In this document: positions 23,327 to 36,145 of the stretch, one piece after another
How positions within the stretch are numbered: position 1 is the stretch's first letter
Layout of the letters: the number at the start of each line of letters is the position of its first letter
Assembly: GCF_003918875.1 (NCBI RefSeq)
Contig: NW_025767077.1
Coordinates: 868,001 to 932,000 of the forward strand
From: Haliotis rubra
Taxonomy: Eukaryota
DNA: 64,000 nt
Direction: 5' to 3'
The notes under the pieces: model-generated
Seen by the model: the letters and a program-made list of their open reading frames with translations, nothing else
Database searches by the model: none
Told to the model about the DNA's origin: nothing
Program-made: the position numbers and the translations under genes

Positions 23327-24881
23327 AGTGCCATTTTGTGGGACATTTGTGGCAAATAAGTCACAAACAACACCTGTTATAATTTCCAGTTGTTTGTTAT
23401 TTCGTTAGTAAACTTTGTTTTGTTTTTTGTTCAAATTGTTGTTTGCTGCATTATTTTGTTATATGAAGTATTCGCTACTTATGTTACATAATGGATCACA
23501 GTCAAGCATAATCCAAAGCTTCCAGTGACATTACAGAACTCTGCAGCGCAATTTGTCTGTCGGGAAAACGTTTGTAGATCTTCACAGGTCTGTGACATCA
23601 TGGCGAAAACGTATAGTATATGCAATAGGTGCATCGTGTTCGCGCATACACATCCAGAATGGGATTTTGAAAATTTGTAGTGAACATAAAATACCGCCGT
23701 ATTCTTAATTTCTCATGCAATCAGATGTCCAAATACCTTTTTAATCATTGAAACCTTGAAATCTAGAGATCGAAGGAGTGGTGTTTTACACTGCTGTTAG
23801 TATTATTCCGGCCATATCAGGGTGTAGGAGGTACATCATGTTGTTGACATCCGGATTATATATGGCAGCCGTTCCTGCTTCATTCCGACGGGTTGTGATG
23901 ATTTAAGCATAAGGATTGCATGGTATTACCGGTATATTGCAAATATTCAAATGATACGTATGACAATATTTTTTTCTGAGATTGGTATATTGGGTAAAGA
24001 ACAAAGTTTTTGTGAGTGTCTTTATGGTTTAAATTAAAATCTACACAGACTTTCATTCACAACAAATATTTTCCTTCCTTATTCAATGACAAAACGGCTA
24101 ACTGTAATCCGATTAATTGTATTTATAAAATAAAATCCATGACTATGCAACCTAATTTTGAGATTGCTGCCATCAGAACCATAACATCTGTCTAGGGACT
24201 TATAATGTAGAAAATAAGATTGCCATGCACAATTAGTGTCACTCACTTTCACATACTTAAGTTCCCGATATATCGCAATACGTATCGCACTACATTGCAA
24301 GACAATTTATTTGCCAATACACAGCCCTATTAAGCATACAGGTTACAGTTATCACAAGTCCGTGATTTATAGCAGGTATGAAGTATTACAGTTTACACTC
24401 TAGTGAGGTATTTTGATACTCGCCGATTGTCATCGTGATCAGGGTGGTCCAAGGTCCAGTTGTTTGTGATCTGGTCAATGTGACGTAGGTTTGCATACAT
24501 TTACATTGCATGGGTCCAGTTCCAGTTGCTGTTAGTTCATATACTTTCAAGTTTCAAAGTTAATTATACAATTTATTTGTTTACAGTCCAGGAATATCAG
24601 TCGTGGGAGGGATACAGACAAGTACCAGGTTCTACATCCATGATGTGACAGACAATGCCCAGCGACTGATGTAGCCAGAACAGTTGACAGCCGGTATCGC
24701 GTCTTCTAACTCGAGACCTTGTACAAGAGTTTTCAGTTCAGAGAATACTACAATAAACTCGTTTCTGAAGTTCATGTCGTTGTTGTGTGATCCATGTGTA
24801 TTTTGCGTGTTCAGCAATTCTTACATTGTAAGTTCGTTGTGACATTTCACACCCTGTAATACGCACCGTTGGTAACGTGAT

Positions 24882-25163
24882 TGTTACTGGAATTCCGGAG
24901 TGTTATGGAGAATACAACGGATTGTTATGGGAATTCCGGAGTGTTATGGGGAATACAACGGATTGTTATGGGAATTCCGGAGTGTTATGGGGAATACAAC
25001 GGATTGTTATGGGAATTCCGGAGTGTTATGGGGAATACAGCGGATTGTTATGGGGAATACAACGGATTGTTATTGGAATTCTGGAGTGTTATGGGGAATA
25101 CAACGAATTGTTATGGGAATTCCGGAGTGTTATGATGAATACAACGAATTGTTATGGGAATTC
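24882..25163 (+). repeat. 41-bp tandem array, left arm (~7 units)
   Basis: Unit ggaattccggagtgttatggggaatacaacggattgttatg; ggaattcc at 24889, 24930, 24971. Confidence 0.97.
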
Positions 25164-25659
25164 AATAAGTATGCGTGTTTCAAATTTGTCTCGTTTTAGT
25201 GGTAAGTACTGACATTTCACCTTACCAAGTGATGTGTTTAGATTCACAAATAATCATTTCATGAAAATATGCATTTTCTAGGAAATGAAATTGTAATGGA
25301 GCAAGGAAAACATAGTGAACTTTCAAAATGTTCTTGACTTAGTAAAGTGACAGTTATATTCAAATAATCTTAATTAACGTTGTACACACTTTTACACTGT
25401 TCCTCTCTCTGAACTCCTCCCTCGTAACAAATAGTGAACTGTGTCAATATTTTAATGATAGTTTATTGGACAACTTATATATTATTGAATCATAATTCAT
25501 GAAATTACAAATTCACAATTGTAGAACAATTATAATGCATCGTGTCAAATTAGAAAATGATTGTAATTGTAGTTTTTGAGTAAAGTGACTAAACACCGTC
25601 ACGAAAAGTATTCTGCCAGACTATATACTAGTAATGGACAAGCTTTATAACGAAAAGAC

Positions 25660-25935
25660 AGATGTAACTTTTAACCTACTGTGCTGGTTTGGTAACCTCT
25701 CTATTCAAAACAAAACTAAACTCAACAAAATTGTTATCACAGCACGCAAAATCATAGGCACTACATCTATCGGCCTACATTATGAGCAGCAAATTGTCAA
25801 AAAGGTGCAGAAAATTGTAAATGACAGCTCTCATATTCTATTTTACGATTACGAATTTCTTCCATCAGGATGTCGTCTGCGCATGCCAGTGGCTAGAACA
25901 AACAGGTTCCGATAATTGTTTTCCTTTGTCCATTA
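25660..25935 (+). mobile_element. Non-LTR retrotransposon fragment, C-terminal region after RT (Rex1/Babar-like, DUF1891-type)
   Basis: TFNLLCWFGNLSIQNKTKLNKIVITARKIIG...IVNDSSHIL...EFLPSGCRLRMPVARTNRFR matches the WFGN / AxKIIG / DxSHxL / LPSGRR / RTNR motif series. Confidence 0.8.
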
Positions 25936-27269
25936 TAAATACTGTATACCTGAAGAACGTTATCATTAAAGAGTAGCTTTTATGGTCTCTTAAACTTAAT
26001 TAAGGTTAATAATAGTCTCTATAATAGTCATTTTAATAGATGACGCTGTGCACGATTGTTAAAAGCGAAAATAATCAAATACGGTGATTTGAAACTGTTC
26101 ATTAAATATTTACACGACCCGTCGGTCTAGCCAGACACGATTTAAACTGGATCGGACCAGCTATGTAGTATTTACTAGACGATGTCGTTCGGAGGTGCCT
26201 TAGTGTCGAACCCTGTGATACACAGGGTATGACTCCCTTTCTTGACAGCAAGTATGTCTTGCAGCTCTCTGGTGACAACTGACAATATATGTGTGCATTG
26301 TTTTGTTGATGGGGAACCTATTAGTTCCAACATACATTTCAATATTGAAACAATGTCCCTTTAGATGCCATCACAGGAAAATGATAAGATCATACTGCAT
26401 TCTAAAGATTTTAATGGTGAAATGGAGTCCTTAAACTCCCACATGCATCTCATTGAGTTCATGTAACTTGACTCATGTCACAACATTATTTATTAAGCAC
26501 CAGTAGTTTTAGTTAGTCTAATCAACAAATGTAATGAATTACAGAAAATTCGAACACAGTGACGTCATTGCGTGTTGTCTTTAGTAGGTATCTCAGATAG
26601 ATCACATTGGTATTTTTTAGATGCTTTGCCAAAGGATCAAAGGTTAAGAAAATATAACTTGCCCTGATCTATGAAAACTTTATGACAGTTCAGATCATGC
26701 TTTATTACATGCCACATTTCAGAAGCTAAAACTTATAACTTTTCTCAGCTACCAAAGCTAACCTTGTTTTGTTAGATCTGGCTATATAATTGAATCACTA
26801 ATAATTGGTGCAAAGCAATACTTGTTTGTTGTCAAAACGTTAAATGTTTAAGTGCTAAAGACATTTGTTTATGATGTAACATTACTTGATAACAACCCGT
26901 AACGTCCACATTCCCAATCCGGAACACGGTTAAACTTAACTTGGTAACAATCCGTTACCAAACAATTACACCCGCCCCTAACAACATCAATTATCACAAC
27001 TAAAACAATCATAAATGTTAGTTTGATTTGAAATTGTCAAAGAATATTGATTCATGTTTTCATGGTATAAGATTCAATGGATTATTTTGTCCACATTAGG
27101 ACATTTTAAGTTTTCTTTTCATTGAGTAACATTGAGCAACAATTTTGCCTAAAACATTAAATTGCCATGATTAATACCAGCAAAAACGACCATTCCGTAA
27201 AGATGTATCATCATGTTTACTCCAAAGTGCATTTTCACGACTAATAACTGTGAGATAAACCTACTCAAC

Positions 27270-28496
27270 ACGGAAGTTCCAATAACAATCCGTTGTATTC
27301 CCCATAACACTCAGGAATTCCAGTAACAATCCGTTGTATTCTCCATAACACTCCGGAATTCCCATAACAATCCGTTGTATTCCCCATAACACTCCGGAAT
27401 TCCCATAACACTCCGGAATTCCAGTAACAATCCGTTGTATTCTCCATAACAATCCGGAATTCCCATAACAATCCGTTGTATTCCCCATAGCACTCCGGAA
27501 TTCCCATAACAATCCGTTGTATTCTCCTTAACACTCCGGCATTCCCATAACAATCCGTTGTATACCCCATAACACTCCGGAATTCCCATAACAATCCGTT
27601 GTATTCCCCATAACACTCCGGAATTCCCATAACAAACATTTGTATTCTCCATAACACTCCGGAATTCCAGTAACAATCCGTTGAATTCTCCATAACAATC
27701 CGGAATTCCCATAACAATTCGTTGTATTCCCCATAACACTCCGGAATTCCCATAACAATCCGTTGTATTCTCCATAACACTCCGGAATTCCCATAACAAT
27801 CCGTTGTATTCCCCATAACACTCCGGAATTCCCATAACAATCCGTTGTATTCCCCATAACACTCCGGAATTCCAGTAACAATCCATTGTATTCTCCATAA
27901 CAATCCGGAATTCCCATAACAATCCGTTGTATTCCCCATAACACTCCGGAATTCCCATAACAATCCGTTGTATTCTCCATAACACTCCGGAATTCCCATA
28001 ACAATCCGTTGTATTCCCCATAACACTCCGGAATTCCCATAACAATCCGTTGTATTCCCCATAACACTCCGGAATTCCCATAACAATCCGTTGTATTCCC
28101 CATAACACTCCGGAATTCTCATAACAATCCGTTGTATTCTCCATAACACTCCGGAATTCCCATAACAATCCGTTGTATTCCCCATAACACTCCAGAATTC
28201 CCATAACAATCCGTTGTATTCCCGATAACACTCCGGAATTCCCATAACAATTCGTTGTATTCCCCATAACACTCCGGAATTCCCATAACAAACCGTTGTA
28301 TTCCCCATAACACTCCGGAATTCCCATAACAATCCGTTGTATTCTCCATAACAATCCGGAATTCCCATAACAATCCGTTGTATTCCCCATAACACTCCGG
28401 AATTCCCATAACAATCCGTTGTATTCTCCATAACACTCCGGAATTTCCATAACAATCCGTTGTATTCCCGATAACACTCCGGAATTCCAGTAACAG
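27270..28496 (-). repeat. 41-bp tandem array, right arm (~30 units), inverted relative to the left arm
   Basis: cataacaatccgttgtattccccataacactccggaattcc repeated; reverse complement of the 24882-25163 unit. Confidence 0.98.
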
Positions 28497-28721
28497 TCAC
28501 GTCGCCAAGGGCGCGTATTCCAGTGTGTGATATTGTCACTGAACCTCATCTCCAAACTCCGGTGGTGTTTATTTGTAACATTTTGTAACTGGTGCAAAAT
28601 CCCTTCATATAGTTTTTCTTACTTGTAATTTTCTGACAGTCTTTGGCCGTTACATAAAAATATACCAAATATATGCCAAATTGATTTCTGGTTGTGTTTG
28701 ATAATAACCCTCAAATCAGAA

Positions 28722-28900
28722 ATCAGACACACAACCCCTCCCAACCCAGTCCTCCCTGAGAGCCTTTCTGTCCCGTTTCATCCGTCTGGTGAAAAGAGTC
28801 TTCACCTCCAACAAAAACTACCTTTAAAGTGACATTTTGTAACACTCCGAGATGTCACATTTCTTTTTAGGGACATATAAGCAAATAAATTTTCAAAATC
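28722..28900 (+). pseudogene. Fifth, partial and diverged copy of the orphan gene's terminal exon (DTQPLPTQSSLRAFLSRFIRLVKRVFTSNKNYL*)
   Basis: cagacacacaacccctcccaacccagtcctccctgagagcctttctgtcccgtttcatccgtctggtgaaaagagtcttcacctccaacaaaaac matches 5164-5259. Confidence 0.8.
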
Positions 28901-29349
28901 AACTCTCGTACGCGTAACAAGCCATTTTTTACGTGTAAGCCCGATAGGTTGCAAAGCTTTATGTTTAGGTAGTATGAAGGGCTTGCCCCACCTCTTTAGC
29001 AACAATCACGCGTAAGCCCGGGCTTTTTAAAAAAAAAATAATGGTAGCTCCGCCCCTGACTCTTTTCATTTTTCATTGTTGTTCTTTTCTAAATAAATTT
29101 TTGTTGTTCAAATTGGCAAAAGTGGCTGACTTGGTTGACACATGTCATCGTATTCCAGTTGCGTAGATCGATGCTCAAGATGTCAATCACTGGACTGTCT
29201 GGCCCAGACTCGGTTATTTACAGACCGCCACCATAAAACTATTGCGGATTGCTAGGTAAAACAAACAAACGTAAAAAAATCGAATTCGGCCGTCTGTTTT
29301 TTCTGTCAGTCTTCCTGGACCCATCATATGCAGACTGCACGTTCACTTT

Positions 29350-29510
29350 AGGGAGGGTAGCCTAGTGGCTGAAGCGTTCGCTCGTCACGGCGAACCCGGG
29401 TTTGAATCCCCACATGGGTACAATGTGTAAAGCCCATTTCTGGTGTCCCCCGCCTTGATATTGCTGGAATATTGCTAAAGGAGGCGTAAAACCATACACA
29501 CTCACTCACG
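29350..29510 (+). mobile_element. SINE family A
   Basis: gggtagcctagtgg...cacatgggtacaatgtgt...(cact)n tail. Confidence 0.85.
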
Positions 29511-29542
29511 TTAAGGAAGACAGGTTACAGTTACCTGCCTCC

Positions 29543-29664
29543 TGGCTAGCTATTCTCGAAACTTCGTAAGTCCTACGAACTTCTTAAGCCCATTCTTAAC
29601 ACATTGGCTACGATCAAAGTTAAGAATTCTTAGGGCTACGAACGTTTCGAGAATAAGGGCCCTG
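29543..29664. mobile_element. Small palindromic MITE (PIF/Harbinger-like)
   Basis: tattctcgaaacttcgtaagtcctacgaacttcttaa is inverted to ttaagaattcttagggctacgaacgtttcgagaata. Confidence 0.55.
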
Positions 29665-30625
29665 GTTTTTAAGGTTGAATGGTTATTTCAATGCAATCCT
29701 TTTCAACGATATTAACACACGAGGCCCTGAACATTTCAGATTGTTAAGCACTGACCTATGTACTGGTAACTAATATACTATCCTAACTACCGAGAATTCA
29801 AGTACTCTTTTCTGCCATTTTTTTGAAAACATAATATTTATCACATGGGCCTCATTGGCGATTCTGTCTGTATGAATATTGAAGCGACCGACTACAGCAG
29901 GCTAAAGTCAATCCCTTAAAAATTCTTTCTGATGTTGACATACTCACTCAAATCTCAGTCTCAAATCCCTGTTGGGCTCAATTCAATCCCCTACATTTTT
30001 ACAGTATTCTACTTCTCGTGTTCAGTTTTGCCAAACAGTTGTAAAGCTGTCAAATATTCACCATTTTAGGTTATATATACAATTGCTTTTGAATTAGCAT
30101 TCCATATCCATATTTGTCACAACTATAGACATACAATCTGCATAGCATCGAATAGAATTGGAACGCACGTAATACTAATTTGATTAGAAACAAACGTCTA
30201 AATGCAGTGTTATTTTGTGTGGTTTGTCATAAGTTTGATCACATATGTCAGTAAGTTGAAATTCTGATTCGTGTACACCAATAAAAAAATGTATTTTGAC
30301 AAAAAGGATGTTCATTCTGAGAACTGGAAACAAAGCGATATTATAGGTATTATGGAACGCCAGTATTTTAGTAGATTGGGGAAAGAATAAGATCGTTTTT
30401 ACTAAGATGTAATAAAATAACACGTGTTCTTACATTGCCCTCAAAGTATATATTTCTATTTCAATATACAAATATGTAATGGAATGTAAATAGCCATTTC
30501 TGCCTCCATGCTGTCTTAGGAAATGGGAAGATTAAACATATGTATTAGAATAGAGTGGCCTGATTTCGTCTAAAGTAAACATAATGATAATATAATGTAA
30601 ATGTATTCATTGATCTGACTAAAAC

Positions 30626-30780
30626 GAGTGAGTGAGTTTGATTTTACGCCGCTTTTAGCAATATTCCTGCAATATCATGGCGGGGGACACCAGAAATGGG
30701 CTTCACACATTGTACCCATGTTGAAATCGAACCCGGGTCTGCGGCGTGACCAGCGAACGCTTTAACCACTAGGCTACCCC
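30626..30780 (-). mobile_element. SINE family A
   Basis: gagtgagtgagtttgattttacgccgc...tttaaccactaggctacccc. Confidence 0.87.
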
Positions 30781-30883
30781 ATGTCTTCGTGGTCACATAT
30801 CCTTACCATATTCAGACTTCCAATATCCCCATATTATGAGTGGTAAATGTCAGAAAACACATACCGACACTTCTTATGAATTG

Positions 30884-31028
30884 AGGGCGGTGGCGTAGCC
30901 TAGTGGTTAAAGCGTTCCTTCGACCCCGGGTTCGATTCTCCACATGGGTACAATGTGTGAAGACCACTTCTCCCGACGCGATATTGCTGAAATATTGCTA
31001 AATGCGGCGTAAAACTAAACTCACCCAC
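30884..31028 (+). mobile_element. SINE family A with internal deletions
   Basis: agggcggtggcgtagcctagtggttaaagcg...gcggcgtaaaactaaactcacccact. Confidence 0.8.
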
Positions 31029-31558
31029 TCTTGTCTGGGGAAATGCCCTACTTTGAGTGGGGAATTGTCCAATGGAAGGAGATATATTACAAGAAGTCAA
31101 CATTAACAATTTTAAATTATTATTTTTTAATTTATATTTTATTCCTGAAACCTTAAGATATGAAAGTCTAATGGGATACAGTTGTATGTTTTTATGTAAC
31201 AAGACAAACCATTTACTCACCTTTCGCACAAACACAAGATTATTTTTGATTATTGAACAAATTGACTAAGAAAATAACACATCAATCGTGTTTGAATAAG
31301 CCACGATACATGAGCCATTTAGAATAAAATTCGCCATTACAATTTTTATTAAACTGTTTACAGTTTCCAATACTATATCTTAATCTCAACTCACTCCTGA
31401 ACTGAGCAATATTTGGTTAAGCAGAATTTAGCAAGCATGACACTGTATAGTTACATATAGATATACCGTTGGCTTGCAAGTTGTTTTAAACTTAGACAAA
31501 TCACAAGCTTAATCGTGCTTTGAAAGCGTTTCCTGTTTGAAAAAGAATCCCGGTACCG

Positions 31559-32230
31559 GGGCCCCATTTCACAAAGCTATCGTAGCGCTGCGACTGACGT
31601 AAGTGTATGGTACAGGGTGCCGTTCCACTAACCCATCTTAGCCCTACGCCAATCGTAAACCCTAAAATCCCAATCTTAGTGTGATGTTACGATCAGCTTA
31701 CCGTTCCACTAACCAATCTTACCCAAGTCAATCGTAAAGTTAAGATCCAAAGTCTAAGTTGCTCAGGACCAACTTAAGATAGCTAAAATCAATCGTAGAG
31801 AAACCAAAGTGGTGGCTTTCATAGTCTATATGAAGAAGAAGAAGAGCGAGCATTTCACCGTGAGCGTCCCCTAATTCTTTACTAACCATGAAATGAATTT
31901 GTTAATTCTGTGATGTAAACAAACACTGCACTGAAGCCGTTCAAATGTCAGGCCAGTCTGACCACTGTCGTCATGGGAACACAGCCGAGGGTTTCGGTGT
32001 AATACATTTGTACAACAATATTACAACGCCATGGTTAAGAATAGGGACGGGTCGTGAAGTGAACAATGTTCTGAAACAAAAGGATACAAATATGTTTGAT
32101 TGAACGTGCGCTTATATGGTAGGGGATTCTAAATTTTAAGGCAGGCCGCGTGTTTTTCAAGACCACTGACTAGACTACATTCTAGATACGTTATCAGATG
32201 ATGTGCTTGTGGCGAGGTAGAGGCTAGTCT
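31559..32230 (+). mobile_element. PIF/Harbinger-like terminus with the decayed start of a transposase
   Basis: Termini ggccccatttcacaaag and gggtgccgttccactaac, repeated cttag/cgtaa subterminal motifs, and RVFQDH*LDYILDTLSDDVLVAR*RL at ~32148-32226, resembling the HARBI1-type N-terminus. Confidence 0.45.
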
Positions 32231-32529
32231 GTCGTACAGACTCAGAAGCAAATATATCCAAGAAAGCCAACGCAAGTCTAGAAAATGTGGCAAGTCTGGA
32301 TTTCCTCAGCTTCAGGTCTGAAAATGAAGAAAGTCTCAGGGCTCCTTTTCATTATATTTCATTTATGTTTTACTATGAACTTTTTTCAGTAAAATATGTT
32401 CATTTCAGAGACTAGTTGTTAGTCTAGGTAGAGGCGTTCAGCCGCACTTGCCCCTGAAACCAAGGTGCTCACTACCCTAATATTTTGCTCGAGGTTTTTT
32501 CTCCACGTTTACACTTGGTTCCAAAACTA

Positions 32530-32972
32530 CTTCCTTGTTTTTACTACCATCTTCACCATGCCTGTGGCTTTGACTCCGAGGTCCATCCATGGTACGACCC
32601 TGAACATGTCCAGGGCATCATGGAAAATGATGCCTTCAAACTTCTCTGGAATAGGCCCATATACAGCCTGAGAATAATTCCAGCCAACAAACCTGCTCTG
32701 GTCCTTTTTGATAAAGCTAATGAATTTATTTATATCATTGAATTTTCTGTCCCTTTTGACAGCAACGTGATTGGGAAGATTCAGGAAGAGCATGCTAAAT
32801 ATGTGGACCTCGCCTTTGAAATGTCTCGCTTGCATCCCAAGTACACTGTCGTCAGATTCCCCTATTGTTCTCGGTGCCCTTGGGTTGGTACCTCCTGATC
32901 TCTTAGCGCAGATCAGGAGAGTGCCCAGGTTCTCCACCGGGAGCACAGTCCTTCTGGCAATCTGGGTAATGC
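32530..32972 (+). mobile_element. RLE-type non-LTR retrotransposon fragment (R4/Dong-like), endonuclease region, frameshifted
   Basis: KLLWNRPIYSLRIIPANKPALVLFDKANEFIYIIEFSVPFDSNV...KYVDLAFEM...PIVLGALG; highly similar to 42510-43190. Confidence 0.85.
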
Positions 32973-34054
32973 TTGTAAATGTGTTGTAAAGTTTTGATTT
33001 ACCAGACATTTACAAATTTGTAAATATGAGATTTACAGCAACAAAATTACAATTTTGTAAATATTCACAAAGGGAGATAACTCAAACGGTAATTTCACAG
33101 GCAATGTCTATTTATTACATGTGGTGTCTATTACAACGTCTAGACCAAAGAAGAAATTGGACACCAGACACATCTTTACCTTTCACGTTTCCATCATGGA
33201 TTTTATTAAGAGCAACAAAGGCGGTTTGAAAAGAAAGAAAGAATTTGGATTGATCTGGTAGTGCTTGAATTTTTGTTTAATTATAAATGCAGAATTTATG
33301 ATCATGATGATATTAACAACATTACTTAATGAATTTCATAAAATTGGTTATTGTGACTTTTTTAGGTGACTTTTTTCCTAGCCAAAATTGTGACCTGTGA
33401 CTTTCGTTTCGATCACCAGTCGCGTAATTGCATGCCATCTGTTGTTTCCAGTATGGAATGCAGCCTGGCGGAGGTGTGTTATTCAATACTAATTTTGTGC
33501 CAAACCTTTATTGCAGGAAATTGTTGTAGAAACTTAAGAAATAACAAACGATATCATGTAACGGTTTGTTGGTTCGAATGATTGAAAATGCATGGTTATT
33601 GAACATCAAAGAGTGTTTTGTGAATTCAACACATTGTCTGACGAAAAACGCCAATCCGAGAATTATTAAGTTATTTTTAAATATTCAATGATTTGTGATA
33701 TTATAATCCACGAACACCTCTGGAGAGTGGTTTCGTATAATTGTTGGTCATATTGCTTGTGTTTGACTGTTTATTTTTCGATACTATTGGGCCAGAAGCA
33801 TAGACGTATTAAGCATCCTTTGGTGCCTGGTCTCAGGAAACATCCAGAAATAGTAGATTATTCGTCCATAATACCACAGTAAACTGTGTTTGTAGCGAAC
33901 AGACGGATATAACGAAGCGTTATTGTGGTTTCCTGCATGTTTCAGTCGAAATGCGTATAACGAACTACGGTTACAGTGAAGTAAAATTAATGGCCCCTTT
34001 GAGTTCGATATAACTGTAGTTATCATAGGGGCCTTTATTAACTCACAACTGAGG

Positions 34055-34297
34055 AGACCCGTTAAGAACCGGGGTAGAATTGGTCTTCAGTAACCCATGC
34101 TTGTCGTAAGAGGCGACTAACGGGATCAGGCTCGCTGGCTTGGTTGACACATGTCATCGTATCCCAATTTCGTAGAGCGATGCCCATGCTGTTGATTACT
34201 GGATTGTCTGGTTCAGACTCGATTATTTACAGATCGCCGCCATATAGCTGGAATATTGCTGAGTGTGGCGTAAAACTAAACTCACTGACTGACTGAG
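34055..34297 (+). mobile_element. SINE family C (Deu/Nin-domain-like core)
   Basis: cccatgcttgtcgtaagaggcgactaacggg core and gctggaatattgctgagtgtggcgtaaaac tail. Further copies near 29123, 35208, 41658, 47130, 48525, 49735, 50900, 57706, 59355, 62100. Confidence 0.8.
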
Positions 34298-34697
34298 GAT
34301 TTACAAAAATATATCTCTCGTCAAAATATGGCTGATGTCATCCATTTCAAAGGCAAGGACTGTAATAATACTGATTATTTTATACCTGTTATTCAGTATC
34401 ATGTTTCAGTGTTATCAAAGACACTGGTGGCCTAGTTATCTAAGGTGTCTACTGAAGAGTTGCATCCTTGGGTGGACTAGAAACAAGTGGCCATGGGTTC
34501 GAATCCTCGGTTCCTTATTACCTTTCCTGGTTTGTCAGCAGAATACCAATGTTCATGGGATTCATCAAAGTTGTAAACATCTGAGAGCTTCTCCACTTTG
34601 ACCTTCCCGCCTACCTTATGCTAACACACTGGGATGTAACTGAAATTGTAGTTCTGTGGTGGTGGTGGTTGTCTCGCGATCCAAGTCAACCGAAACC

Positions 34698-34862
34698 AGG
34701 GGCGGTGGGGTAGCCTAGTGGTTAAAGTGTTTGCTCCTCACGCCGAAGAGCCGGGTTCGATTCCCCACATGGGTACAATGTGTGAAACCCATTTCTGGTG
34801 TCCCCCGCTGTGATATGACTGGAATATTGCTAAAAGCGGCGTAAAACCAAATTCACTCACAC
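34698..34862 (+). mobile_element. SINE family A, full length
   Basis: ggggcggtggggtagcctagtggttaaag...gggttcgattcccc...aaccaaattcactcac. Confidence 0.9.
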
Positions 34863-36145
34863 GCAAACGAAACCGCACGTTTCCTACCAGTTTAATGCTG
34901 AGGGCATTCCGCCGTCTTTCTCCTTGACAACGCATGTACATAAGAGAGAACATTACGTTATGTCCTCTTAGGAAGGACCGGCCTACTCGTTTGTTTTAAA
35001 GAGTGACGTTGTGACGTCAGCCGGAAGTCCGTTGCATCTTTTTTACTGGTTTATCGTGTGGTTTAAACATACATGAATTTTATTCAAACAAAATTGAATA
35101 GGGATCGGTGAACAAGCTTTAAGCTTATGTGAACACCTCTCCCTTACAAAGTCAAATAATGATTACATAGTTTGGTTGTTAGTCATGTATAAGATGTACA
35201 TACATAAGAGTGAGTGAGTGAATTTAGTTTTACGCCGCACTCAGCAATATTCCAACAATATGGCGAATAATGGTAAATAATCGAGTCTGGACCAGACAAG
35301 CCAGTGTAGGGCTGGGACGGGTCCAAATTTCCTACCCGGGTACCAGACCCATTATTACTCGACCCGACCCGGGTACCCGTTATAACACTAATTGCGAGTT
35401 GTTCCTCTTTAATAAAATCAGTTATGGACGAGATTAAGAGTGGCGTCTGGAAATATTTTGAATACTCGCATCAGGCACAAAGACAAAATGCACGTTGTGC
35501 ACAGTGCAGCTAAGTCAGAAAGGAGGGAGTACGTAATAGATGTGGAAACATCTGAACATCAAACATCCCTCCGTAACAAACCAGGAGCTACAAACAAATG
35601 CCGTTCCAATCTACAGGCAAAATACAATTGAAGGTATAAATAAAAAGTGTATACCACTGAACTAACAAGTGAACAATGGAATACAAACATAAAGTTTTCA
35701 AAGTAAATACCTCTGTCCCTCTCCCGTGGACTCATAATCCAATCACAATAGTCAGACAGACAGACAGATTGCTACAATAAAGTACATAATAATACATATC
35801 AAAATATACAGTAAATATTATAAATGGAGTTATGAGAGACGGTTGATAATCAAATATCACAGAGCAATATATTGGAAGCATATGAGTAGATAAAATTACA
35901 ATTGAACTTAAAAAAATATATACAAAAATATTAACATGAAATGTTAAACGTATTTATATAAAATTTGGCGGCGTCTTAAAAAGGTTTTAAAGCAGTTTTT
36001 GGCACGTACGTGTATAAGATCTTGAGAGCTTAAAAACAGTGATGACTTCTCAGGTTCCGATAAGAGGGTAAAACGTGGCATGAAAAACTTTGCCTTCATA
36101 ACGGCCGGTTTCCATACGCGGGGGCGCTGTACCCGTCGTGAACAA

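Larger units (their letters stand above)
1..24810. repeat. Tandem segmental duplication: 4 head-to-tail copies of a ~6 kb unit (1-8153, 8154-14578, 14579-~20280, ~20280-24810; copy 4 truncated)
   Basis: gctacaagcc(t/g)attgactaaa recurs at 1, 8154 and 14579. Near-identical ORFs recur at matching offsets (196/8349/14774; 2206/10348/16448; 6028/18342/24079). Copy 1 is longer because of a 1.56 kb insertion and a minisatellite expansion. Confidence 0.97.
24839..28539. mobile_element. Foldback-type transposon: ~50-bp outer inverted repeats, inverted 41-bp tandem arrays and a ~2.1 kb loop
   Basis: Left gtgacatttcacaccctgtaatacgcaccgttggtaacgtgattgttactggaattcc versus right reverse complement gtgacaatatcacacactggaatacgcgcccttggcgacgtgactgttactggaattcc. 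No TSD identified. Confidence 0.75.

Noticed and set aside
27261-28597. 424-aa and 428-aa ORFs (GIPECYGEYNGLLWEFRSVM... repeats), also 24877-25212
   Set aside because: These are translations of a stop-free 41-bp non-triplet repeat; the same peptide appears in all three frames, so there is no evidence of coding.
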